The position numbers and the translations under genes were made by a program. From Candidatus Woesearchaeota archaeon (GTDB lineage Archaea > Nanobdellota > Nanobdellia > Woesearchaeales > JAFGPW01): DNA of 64,000 nt. The stretch is taken from contig JAFGPW010000002.1 of assembly GCA_016935985.1 (NCBI GenBank), positions 65,991 to 129,990 of the forward strand, written 5' to 3'. The notes below the pieces were generated by a model. It had not been told where the DNA came from. It saw only the letters and a list, made by a program, of their open reading frames with translations, and searched no databases. Of the stretch, positions 45,069 to 53,692 are shown one piece after another. Numbering within the stretch: position 1 is the first letter of the stretch; every line of letters starts with the position of its first letter.

Positions 45069-46621
45069 ATAAAACGGATTACAATCCAGATATATTAAGT
45101 TGTCTAGCAAGTTTAAGCAACGATGAAGTATTTACACCTCCTAAAATAGTTAATGAAATGCTAGATTTGTTACCTCCCGAATTATGGAAAGATAAGAATG
45201 CAAGATTTTTAGATCCTGTGTCTAAAACAGGGATTTATCTGAGAGAGATAGCAAAGAGACTAATGAAAGGTTTGGAAAAACAGATTCCCAATAGGCAAAA
45301 AAGGGTAAATCATATCCTTACCAATCAACTTTATGGGGTAGCAATAACAGAGTTAACATCCTATGTCTCTAGGAGATCATTGTATTGTTCAAAAACTGCT
45401 AATGGAAACTACTCTGTTTCTACAGAGTTCAAGAATAAAGAAGGGAATATAAGATTCAAAAATATTAATCACGAGTGGGTAAATGGAGGCTGCATATTTT
45501 GCGGTGCAAGTAAGGAAGTTTATGATCGTGGAGACGAAATGGAGTCACACGCTTATGAGTTTATCCATACAGAAAAACCGGAGGAGATATTCAAAATGAA
45601 ATTCGATGTAATTTTAGGAAATCCACCTTATCAGTTAAGTGATGAGGGTCACGGAAGAAGTGCTAGACCTGTTTATCATAAGTTTGTTCAACAAGCGAAA
45701 AAACTAAACCCTCGGTTTTTGACAATGATCATACCTGCACGCTGGTATGCAGGAGGAAAGGGACTTGATGAATTCAGGTCAGAGATGTTGAATGATAAAC
45801 GAATTCGCAACCTTGTCGATTTTGAAAATTCACGTGATGTTTTTCCTGGTGTTGATGTGGCAGGAGGAATATGTTATTTTTTATGGGATAGAGATAATAA
45901 AGGATCATGTGAGATAAAGAGTTTATACAACGGAGCAGAGGTAAAATCTGTAAGAGCTTTGGACGAATTTTCAATTTTTGTAAGACAAGGTCAAGCAATA
46001 CCAATTATTAGAAAAATAGAAGCAGTAAAAGAAAATAATGGAAAACGACTGAGTGATGTTGTATCCTCAAGAAAACCATTTGGATTACCAACAAATTATG
46101 AACCCAAAGAGAAAGGAGTGCCTTGCTGGTTTATTCAGAGGGTAGGATTGAAATATGCTGATAAACGAGATATAATGGATCCTAATAAATTATTAAACAA
46201 ATGGAAATTTCTAGTACCCAAAGCACCTATCGCTGGTCAGACTGATTTTTCTAAACCTGTAGGATTTTATTATGATGGAAATACTAAAATTGCAAAACCA
46301 GGTGAATGTTGTACTGAATCATTTATCGTTGCTGGAGCATTTAATACAGAGGAAGAAGTAATTTCTTTCAAATCTTATTTATTTACCAAAATTGTGAGGT
46401 TCTTAATACTTCAGACAGTTATTTCGCAAGATGTAACGAAAAATAACTTTTCTTTCGTACCTGATTTAGGTAAATATAAAGGAAAATACACTGACGAATT
46501 ATTGAGGAAACGTTGGAATATAACTGATAGTGAATGGAACTATATTGATTCAAGAATAAGATCAGTTGATTCTATAAATAATAAAAATCACTATGAGGAA
46601 ATCCCTGATGACGATGAATAA
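45065..46621 (+). CDS. gamma-class N6-adenine DNA methyltransferase with C-terminal target-recognition region (Eco57I/TaqI-like M)
   Basis: Motif X DEVFTPPKIVNEMLDLL, degenerate motif I LDPVSKTGIYL, motif IV ILGNPPYQ, Cys-containing insert (GGCIFCG), ~330-aa C-terminal TRD. Confidence 0.8.
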   Translation: MNKTDYNPDILSCLASLSNDEVFTPPKIVNEMLDLLPPELWKDKNARFLDPVSKTGIYLREIAKRLMKGLEKQIPNRQKRVNHILTNQLYGVAITELTSYVSRRSLYCSKTANGNYSVSTEFKNKEGNIRFKNINHEWVNGGCIFCGASKEVYDRGDEMESHAYEFIHTEKPEEIFKMKFDVILGNPPYQLSDEGHGRSARPVYHKFVQQAKKLNPRFLTMIIPARWYAGGKGLDEFRSEMLNDKRIRNLVDFENSRDVFPGVDVAGGICYFLWDRDNKGSCEIKSLYNGAEVKSVRALDEFSIFVRQGQAIPIIRKIEAVKENNGKRLSDVVSSRKPFGLPTNYEPKEKGVPCWFIQRVGLKYADKRDIMDPNKLLNKWKFLVPKAPIAGQTDFSKPVGFYYDGNTKIAKPGECCTESFIVAGAFNTEEEVISFKSYLFTKIVRFLILQTVISQDVTKNNFSFVPDLGKYKGKYTDELLRKRWNITDSEWNYIDSRIRSVDSINNKNHYEEIPDDDE

Positions 46622-49133
46622 AAACTTTTTTCCGAAGAAGCCTGATGTAAGTCCACTTATTTATGCTTATGAACTTGAAGGTGTTGAAACGCATAAAGGA
46701 CTATTAAAAGTAGGATATACTACGCGGACATCTAAAGATAGGGTAAAGGAGCAATTAAAAACTAGTCGTGTAAAGTATAAAATAGTATTTGAAGAATCTG
46801 CCATGAGAAAAGACGGCACTTATTTTGATGATCACGCAGTCCATAAACTTTTGCTCAAGAAAGGAATTAAGCGAAAAAGTGGAGAATGGTTTGCTTGTTC
46901 TATTAAGGAAGTAAAAGCTGTCGTTTTAGCCTTGAAAACAGGAATAATAAATGAAGATAATAGGACATTGAATTTCAAAATGAGGCCTGAACAAGCTGAG
47001 GCAGTAAAAAGAGCGTCTCATTATTTTTCTAGTTTTAAAGAAGAGAAAAAAACACCTCATTTCCTTTGGAATTGTAAGATGAGATTTGGTAAAACTTTTG
47101 CGGCTTATCAATTAGCAAAAAAAATGGGATGGAAAAGGATTCTTGTGCTAACATTTAAACCTGCGGTTGAAAGTGCTTGGGAAGATGACTTATTAAATCA
47201 TGTTGATTTTGAGGGATGGCAATTTTATTCTAGACATTCAGATATAAATTCAAGCAAATTGAAAAAAAAGAAACCTATAGTTTGTTTTGGTTCTTTTCAG
47301 GATTATTTAGGTAAAGATTCTCTTGGTAGGATTAAGACAAAAAATGAATGGGTTCATAAAATTAAATGGGATTGTATTATCTTTGATGAGTATCATTTTG
47401 GTGCGTGGAGGGAATCAGCAAAAAGCCTATTTGACGAGGAAAATGAGATTCTTGTTGAGCAGAAAGAATATGAAGAAGAGATGGTTCAAGGTCCTGAAGA
47501 GCAAGATAAAATTGATTATTTAGAAAGTGCGATGCCTATAAAGACAAGATTATATCTTTATTTATCTGGGACTCCATTTAGAGCAATAATTTCAGGAGAA
47601 TTTATAGAAGAACAAATTTATCATTGGACTTATTCCGATGAGCAAAGAGCCAAAGAAAATTGGAAAAAAGCTAAGAATCCTTATGAGTCTTTACCTAGGA
47701 TAGTATTGCTAACCTATCAATTACCAGATTCAATAATAAACATTGCGAGCGGAGGAGAATTTGATACTTTTGATCTAAATGTCTTTTTTTCTGCTAAAGG
47801 TGAAGGCAAAGATGCAAAATTTGTATATGAAGACGATGTCCAAAAATGGCTTGATTTGATTCGAGGCAACTATTTAGCGTCAAATTTGGATAATTTAAAA
47901 CTGGGTGCTAAAAAACCCCCTCTTCCTTATTCCGATGTTAGATTATTGAATATATTATCTCACACACTTTGGTTTTTGCCGCATGTTAATTCATGCCATG
48001 CTATGGATAATTTATTGATGCAGAAGCAAAATAAATACTATCACTATTACAATATTGTAGTCGCAGCAGGTGCAACAGCAGGAATAGGACTAGATGCTCT
48101 CAAACCTGTACAAAAGGCAATGGAAGAGCCATTAAAAAGTAAATCGATTACCTTAACATGTGGAAAACTAACTACTGGAGTTACTGTAAGACCTTGGGCA
48201 GGTATTTTCATGCTTAGAAATCTAAAAAGCCCAGAAACATATTTTCAAGCAGCATTTAGAGTTCAATCCCCTTGGACTGTAAAAAATCCAGATGGAAAAA
48301 CTCCTAACTCTGAAGAAATCATAAAGAGAGAATGTTACATTTTTGACTTTGCTCCAAATAGAGCATTAAAACAGATTGCAGACTACAGTTGTAATCTTGA
48401 TATTGATGAAACAGATTCTGAGAAGAAAATTAAGGAGTTTATTGATTTTCTGCCCGTGTTAGCTTTCGATGGAAGTCGTATGGAAGTATTAGATGCTGGT
48501 AAAATTATTGAAATGGCAATGAGCGGAACTACTGCTTCACTTTTGGCAAGACGGTGGGAAAGTGCTCTACTCGTTAATGTTGATAACCACACTTTAAGTA
48601 AAATTCTGAATAATCCAAAAGCCCTAGAAGCTCTAATGAGTATTGAAGGTTTTAGAAGTTTGAATAGTGATATTGAGCTTATTATAAACAAGTCAGAATC
48701 GGTCAAAAAGACTAAGCAAAAATTAGCAAATGAAGAAGATATTCCACCTAAGCTAAAGAAAAAACTGACTGAAGAAGAAAAGGAATATATGAGTAAAAGG
48801 AAGGAGATTCAGAAGAAATTAATCAAATTTGCAACAAGGATACCTATTTTTATGTATTTAACAGATTACAGGGAAAGAACATTGAAAGATATAATAACAA
48901 AATTAGAACCTGGTTTGTTCAAAAAAGTTACAGGATTAAAGGTTGAAGATTTTGAGTTATTAGTAAGCCTAGGAGTATTCAATAGTAATTTGATGAATGA
49001 TGCAGTATTCAAGTTCAAGAGATATGAAGAAGCAAGTTTGTCGTACACAGGAATATATAAACATAAAGTCGAACAAGTGGGGGGATATGACATAGTTGTG
49101 ACTGCTGAAGAATTCACTGAAAAGGTAAAATGA
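46608..49133 (+). CDS. T5orf172 (GIY-YIG superfamily) nuclease - SF2 (ResIII-like, DExH) helicase fusion; restriction/effector subunit
   Basis: N-terminus LIYAYELEGVETHKGLLKVGYTTRTSKDRVKEQ ... GEWF. Helicase motifs FGKTFAAYQ (I), CIIFDEYHFG (II), LSGTPF (III), QAAFRVQSPW (VI). Start at an internal Met (ATGA overlap with the MTase). Confidence 0.8.
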   Translation: MTMNKNFFPKKPDVSPLIYAYELEGVETHKGLLKVGYTTRTSKDRVKEQLKTSRVKYKIVFEESAMRKDGTYFDDHAVHKLLLKKGIKRKSGEWFACSIKEVKAVVLALKTGIINEDNRTLNFKMRPEQAEAVKRASHYFSSFKEEKKTPHFLWNCKMRFGKTFAAYQLAKKMGWKRILVLTFKPAVESAWEDDLLNHVDFEGWQFYSRHSDINSSKLKKKKPIVCFGSFQDYLGKDSLGRIKTKNEWVHKIKWDCIIFDEYHFGAWRESAKSLFDEENEILVEQKEYEEEMVQGPEEQDKIDYLESAMPIKTRLYLYLSGTPFRAIISGEFIEEQIYHWTYSDEQRAKENWKKAKNPYESLPRIVLLTYQLPDSIINIASGGEFDTFDLNVFFSAKGEGKDAKFVYEDDVQKWLDLIRGNYLASNLDNLKLGAKKPPLPYSDVRLLNILSHTLWFLPHVNSCHAMDNLLMQKQNKYYHYYNIVVAAGATAGIGLDALKPVQKAMEEPLKSKSITLTCGKLTTGVTVRPWAGIFMLRNLKSPETYFQAAFRVQSPWTVKNPDGKTPNSEEIIKRECYIFDFAPNRALKQIADYSCNLDIDETDSEKKIKEFIDFLPVLAFDGSRMEVLDAGKIIEMAMSGTTASLLARRWESALLVNVDNHTLSKILNNPKALEALMSIEGFRSLNSDIELIINKSESVKKTKQKLANEEDIPPKLKKKLTEEEKEYMSKRKEIQKKLIKFATRIPIFMYLTDYRERTLKDIITKLEPGLFKKVTGLKVEDFELLVSLGVFNSNLMNDAVFKFKRYEEASLSYTGIYKHKVEQVGGYDIVVTAEEFTEKVK

Positions 49134-49384
49134 TTGGCAAGCTTCTTGATCCTAAGGCTATAATCGGAACTATCTCGTTTGTTTTTATCATGGTTGTTCT
49201 TTTTATGATGCTTGACGGAATACAAGATAGTCCTTTAGCTGAGAACGAACAGGCAAATAAGACTATTCAAGAAACGAAAGAATCTTTATCTATCTTGACT
49301 AATGGTTATTTTCTTGCTGGAAGCATAGCAAGTGCAATAGCATTGATAGGCTTCTTCATCTGGTTATATCATAGATACAGTTAG
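49130..49384 (+). CDS. small membrane protein (2 TM), last gene of the RM-like operon
   Basis: 84 aa; start overlaps the helicase stop (ATGA). Confidence 0.5.
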   Translation: MIGKLLDPKAIIGTISFVFIMVVLFMMLDGIQDSPLAENEQANKTIQETKESLSILTNGYFLAGSIASAIALIGFFIWLYHRYS

Positions 49385-49491
49385 TTTTCTCGTCCCCTTC
49401 TAAAAAATATGAATTTTCGAGCAACAAAGTTGCGAGCGTAGATGTCCGTCAGGACTAAGGAACTCCCCCCTTAAATTAAAGAACTCCCCTA

Positions 49492-49537
49492 TTAAAAATA
49501 AATTTCTCCGAAGGAGACTATATGTGCGTAGCACTGG
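49492..49537 (+). repeat. direct repeat DR-B (TTAAAAATAAATT-N14-TATATGTGCGTAGCACTGG)
   Basis: Flanked by three GGAACTCCCC 10-mers (49459, 49480, 49536) that are the inverse of those next to DR-A. Confidence 0.7.
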
Positions 49538-49651
49538 AACTCCCCAACTTTACCGTCAAAGAAATGGAAATTTTATTGTATTTAACACGTATTAAGCGTA
49601 CTTTTTCGCGCCGAACAGGGATTTCCGGCGTCTTCACGAAAAGGCGTATAA

Positions 49652-50473
49652 ATGCCCGCTGTCCCCCGTGTCCGGATGGGGTATGAGAGGATTGTGACAG
49701 ACGAGTGCAGGTTCAGGGGCTATTCGCCGAGGACGATAAAGGCATACCTGCATCACGTCAAGAGGTTCGTGGCGTCCGGGATGCCGCCGAGGGAGTACCT
49801 CCTCATGCTCATCGGGAACGGCGCCTCTGACGAGACGGTGAGGTCCGCGGGCTTCGCCGTCAGGTTCTATCTCGCGGCTGCGGGGAAGGGCCGCCCGGAG
49901 GCCGGAACGGTCCTTGCCGCCCTGCCGAACGTCAAGCGCGGGAAGAGGCTTCCGGTGATACTCTCCAAGGAGGAGGTGGGGCGGCTGGTATCGGCCTCCA
50001 GCAACGCCAACCACCGGCTGATCATGCAGGTAGGTTATTCTGCCGGCCTGCGGGTCAGCGAGATAGTGAACCTCCGCTGGCAGGACGTCGATCTCGGCAG
50101 GGACGTGATCCATGTGAAGCGCGCCAAAGGGAAGAAGGACCGGATCGTCATGCTCTCTTCGAAAGTCAAGGAAGGCCTGCTGGGCCTCGCGCCTGGCAGG
50201 GAAGGGCCTGTCTTCCTCACGAACAGGGGCGGAAGGTACTCACCAAGGACGATACAGAAGATCATAGCGGATGCGGCAGCGAAGGCAGGCATACGGAAGA
50301 GGATAACCCCGCACACCCTGCGGCATTCCTTCGCGACGCATCTCCTGGAGAACGGGACAGACCTGCGGCACATCAGGGACCTGCTGGGACATTCTGACCT
50401 GCGCACGACCATGGTCTATACGAACGTGTCGAACAGGACCATCCGCGGCATCAGGAGCCCGCTGGACGACTGA
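49652..50473 (+). CDS. tyrosine site-specific recombinase (XerC/XerD/XerA-like)
   Basis: R..HTLRHSFATHLLENGTDLRHIRDLLGHSDLRTTMVYTNV catalytic box II with Tyr; C-terminal IRSPLD; host-like high GC; no IntI-specific insertion. Confidence 0.85.
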   Translation: MPAVPRVRMGYERIVTDECRFRGYSPRTIKAYLHHVKRFVASGMPPREYLLMLIGNGASDETVRSAGFAVRFYLAAAGKGRPEAGTVLAALPNVKRGKRLPVILSKEEVGRLVSASSNANHRLIMQVGYSAGLRVSEIVNLRWQDVDLGRDVIHVKRAKGKKDRIVMLSSKVKEGLLGLAPGREGPVFLTNRGGRYSPRTIQKIIADAAAKAGIRKRITPHTLRHSFATHLLENGTDLRHIRDLLGHSDLRTTMVYTNVSNRTIRGIRSPLDD

Positions 50474-50703
50474 AGGGTGACCCGGGAATAAGGGCCGTCT
50501 TCTCGCCCGCCTGGACGCGCCCGGCGCGCGGCCTTGGCGATTCCCGCATCCCAATATGCACCTCAAAGATATATGATTCGATAATAGTGTTATGATATAC
50601 TTATCCGAATACATATCTCCTGCATACTATTCCCGTCCGCATCCCGCCCGCCGCCGTTCTCTCCGAGTAAGATTTAAATACGCCCGCTGAATGGCGACCG
50701 TCT

Positions 50704-52104
50704 ATGGGCATCATCCCGTTCTCCGGTGAGCGCAAGCGCCACTTCCTCTATTCGAGCCTCCTTTTCGCCGAGCCGGAGGCGCACCTCGCGCCGTTCTTCA
50801 GGCGGGAGAGCCTCGCCTGTTTCGGCACCGGCATGAAGGCAGAGACGCTCGTCCAGGAGAAGCACTATCAGGCGCTGCTCGCGAGCTTCGCGAAACGGCC
50901 GAAATCCTTCGACGACATCGAGAGGCTCTGCCTCAAGGAGCGGAAAAAAGCGATCGACCTTACCAAGAAGCTGAAAGGCGCCTCATCGTTCCGCCGCACG
51001 ACCATCGCCTCCTACTACTATGGGATCCACACGGGGCTCGCGTTCTTCATCCAGCTCTCGTTCCTGCTCGAGCGGCTGCAGCAGGCGGCGTTCCCCCGGG
51101 TCGTGCGCTGGCTCCAGGAAGAGCATCCCGACCAGGTCGAGCAGGCGGCGTACCTGTGCAAGAGCGAGAAGCCCACCTTCGAGACGATCGAGAAGGAGAA
51201 GCTCGCCGAGCTCCTGCTCGAGGACACGCTCCAGGTAAAGAAGGCGCGGATGGTCGACCACGCCCACCGCTTCGGCTTCCTGTCCGTCGGGCTCGCGGGC
51301 GAGCCTGCGGCGACGCACGAGCAGGCGACCCGCACTGCTGAGGAGCTGCTCAGGCGGCACCCGAACGAGGAGAGCCTCAGGGCCTATGTCGAGGAGCGCA
51401 AGCGCGGCGCGAAGGCGAAGGCGCTCGAGAAGAAGGCGCTCCTCGACTCGCTCGCGCCCGACCCCTATGTGCGGCGCTACATCTACGTGCTCCAGAAGTC
51501 GGGGTCGCTGCTCGAGCTGTGCGCCTCCATCATCAGGATCGTCGTCTACCTCGCCCAGCCGCTCTACGCCGAGGCCGCGCATCGGCTCGGCCTCGACATG
51601 AATGGCCTCCTCTCCCTCACCGCCGAGGAGGTGGAGTCGCACTTCATGGACGACACGAGGCCGGATGAGGCCCTCTTGGAGAAGCGTCGCGGACAGTACC
51701 ACCTCAGCGTCGCTGACGGCAGGATCGCCATCGCCTACGGCGACGAGGCGGAAGGCCGCATCGCCGATTCCCGCGGCGAGAAGGAGGTGCGCTCGCTTCC
51801 CGGCACCATCATCTTCTTCGGCAAGGCGACCGGCGCCGCCAGGGTCATCACCGACCCCTCATACCCGGAGAAGCTCCATGTGGGCGACATCCTCGTCTGC
51901 GTCACGACCGGCCCCGACTACCGGTTCCTGATCGAGAAGGCGGGAGCCATCATCTGCGAGGGCGACGACGAGTACCTCGCCGGGTACCTGGAGGACCGTA
52001 AGAAGCCGGCGCTGAAGAACGTCGACGCGGCGACCGAGCGGCTCGCTGACGGCATGAGCGTCATCGTCGACGCGGATGAGGGCAAGGTCCTGATCGACGA
52101 GTGA
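50704..52104 (+). CDS. PEP-utilising-enzyme mobile (swivel) domain protein, catalytic His motif degenerate; N-terminal domain unknown
   Basis: C-terminal GTIIFFGKATGAARVI ... GDILVCVTTGPDYRFLIEKAGAIICEGDDEYLAGYLEDRKKPALKNV ... SVIVDADEGKV has the PF00391 topology but lacks GGxTSHAAI. Confidence 0.5.
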   Translation: MGIIPFSGERKRHFLYSSLLFAEPEAHLAPFFRRESLACFGTGMKAETLVQEKHYQALLASFAKRPKSFDDIERLCLKERKKAIDLTKKLKGASSFRRTTIASYYYGIHTGLAFFIQLSFLLERLQQAAFPRVVRWLQEEHPDQVEQAAYLCKSEKPTFETIEKEKLAELLLEDTLQVKKARMVDHAHRFGFLSVGLAGEPAATHEQATRTAEELLRRHPNEESLRAYVEERKRGAKAKALEKKALLDSLAPDPYVRRYIYVLQKSGSLLELCASIIRIVVYLAQPLYAEAAHRLGLDMNGLLSLTAEEVESHFMDDTRPDEALLEKRRGQYHLSVADGRIAIAYGDEAEGRIADSRGEKEVRSLPGTIIFFGKATGAARVITDPSYPEKLHVGDILVCVTTGPDYRFLIEKAGAIICEGDDEYLAGYLEDRKKPALKNVDAATERLADGMSVIVDADEGKVLIDE

Positions 52105-52357
52105 CGGGCGGATCGCGCGTCCCGCATGGTGCGGTATCACCCTCTCCCTGGCATCCTCCTCTCCCTGGCATCCTTCCCTCTCTGTTCGCGCAGCCACCAG
52201 GGCGCCTGGTGGGGCATCCCGATCGTCACTGTCAGCTTCGCCATGCTGCCGACCCTGTCGCGTTCCGCCGCCCTCCGGAAGGGCTCCTATAAAAAAGGTT
52301 CCATCAGGGAGTGATTAATTGGGTGAAGATGGGGAGGGGGCAGGGGGATGTCGCCGT

Positions 52358-53608
52358 CTAGCGGTTGATCGCCCGCACCACTTCCGCTATCTGGTGGCCG
52401 TACTTGGAGTCGTAGAACAGGGGAGCGGTGAGCGGCTTATAGGTATAGGGGATCGCCCTGAATTCCTCATACGCCTCGATGACCGCGCGCGAGAAGGTGC
52501 GTATCGCGATGTTCTCCTCGACATAGTCGTACCAGTAGTCGCGGTGGTGGGAGAGCGTCTTGTACGAGTCCATGAGCCGGAAGGCCGAGCTCTCGAAATA
52601 GTCGCTGATGCCCTCGATCATGTCCTCCTCGACGATCTCCTTATACCCCATCTGGTAGAGCCTGCGGAAGACCGATTTCGTGATATCGATGAACATCCGA
52701 TGCAGGCCGCGCGTCGGGTCGTCGACGCTGATGTCCTGGTGCTTGTGGTCATAGACGCCGAGGTCGACCTGGCCGCAGCGCCAGGGCGAATTGTGCAGCC
52801 AGGTGAGCTGGCCTATCTCCAGGTCGTAGAGGGGAGGCACCGGCATGCGGGGCCAGAGGGTGCGCGACATCGCGAACTCGCCTGAGGTCAGGTACTTGTA
52901 TTCGCTCAGGTAGCTCAGGTAGTCCTGGATCGCCGCCTCGTCCCTGAAGACCTTGCTGAGCGAGAGGATGAGCGGCCGCACCCCGAGCCTGAGCGCCCGG
53001 CCGAAGAGCTGGTGCTTGCCCTGCTCCTCATTCCATTTCAGCCGCTGGTAGTACGCCTTGATGAAATCGAAGCCCATCTTGGGATACATCAGCGGCATCG
53101 CGAGGTTCTCGACGAAATGGCTGTCATAGGTCAGGATGTCGGCGTCGTGGAGCATCAGATGGCTCATGGGATCGACGGTGTGGAGGTAGAGCAGCGAGGT
53201 CCAGACGTTCGCGCCCTTGCCGCGGTCGAGCTCGGGGATGTTCGCCCCCTTCTCCTTCATCTCTTTCCGTATCTCATGGATCTGGGGGTGCAGGTTCCAG
53301 ACCAGGGTGACGCGGTCGCCGAGCCGCTTCTGGTAATTCGATTTCAGGTCCTTGTACGCCCTCTCGCCGGTCAGCCCGTCGATGGGGATCACGATGCTGC
53401 TTATCCAGGTGTTCCTGGAGAGGGAGGAGACGATCCCCTCGAGCCCCTGCCCCGCGTCCCCCAGCATCGCAGGGGAGATGGCGTCGGCATACGTCGCCGG
53501 GATGACGAGCGTGATGGGGTCGTGCCTCCGATGGAGCGCGAGCTTGTGCTCGGCGCTCTCGCGTGCGGCCCCGAGGTCCACTACCCTGTCCCCTTGGTTG
53601 AACGGCAT
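52358..53608 (-). CDS. GT-A fold glycosyltransferase, mannosyl-/glucosyl-3-phosphoglycerate synthase-like
   Basis: GKGANVWTSL (as in MPGS GKGEGM), LMLHDADIL DxD motif, 416 aa. Confidence 0.55.
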   Translation of the reverse strand: MPFNQGDRVVDLGAARESAEHKLALHRRHDPITLVIPATYADAISPAMLGDAGQGLEGIVSSLSRNTWISSIVIPIDGLTGERAYKDLKSNYQKRLGDRVTLVWNLHPQIHEIRKEMKEKGANIPELDRGKGANVWTSLLYLHTVDPMSHLMLHDADILTYDSHFVENLAMPLMYPKMGFDFIKAYYQRLKWNEEQGKHQLFGRALRLGVRPLILSLSKVFRDEAAIQDYLSYLSEYKYLTSGEFAMSRTLWPRMPVPPLYDLEIGQLTWLHNSPWRCGQVDLGVYDHKHQDISVDDPTRGLHRMFIDITKSVFRRLYQMGYKEIVEEDMIEGISDYFESSAFRLMDSYKTLSHHRDYWYDYVEENIAIRTFSRAVIEAYEEFRAIPYTYKPLTAPLFYDSKYGHQIAEVVRAINR

Positions 53609-53692
53609 GGTGCAGCATCCTATCTGATGGCGGCTTATTCACCCCTTGAGAATAGCTAATCTGGCGGGATATATAAAATTTGGTATGGTCTC

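Larger units (their letters stand above)
38102..49640. mobile_element. low-GC (~33%) genomic island: gene-cassette array with structured repeats (38.1-42.8 kb) plus RM-like defence module bounded by direct repeats (42.8-49.5 kb)
   Basis: There is an abrupt GC/codon-usage switch at the thrS stop and again ~10 bp before the recombinase gene. The repeat families are island-specific. Confidence 0.75.

Noticed and set aside
38102-50473. Canonical class-type integron (IntI + attI + attC cassettes)
   Set aside because: The recombinase lacks the IntI-specific insertion and is 7 kb from the array. Cassette genes are in mixed orientation. attC-like folded sites are kept only as a hypothesis.
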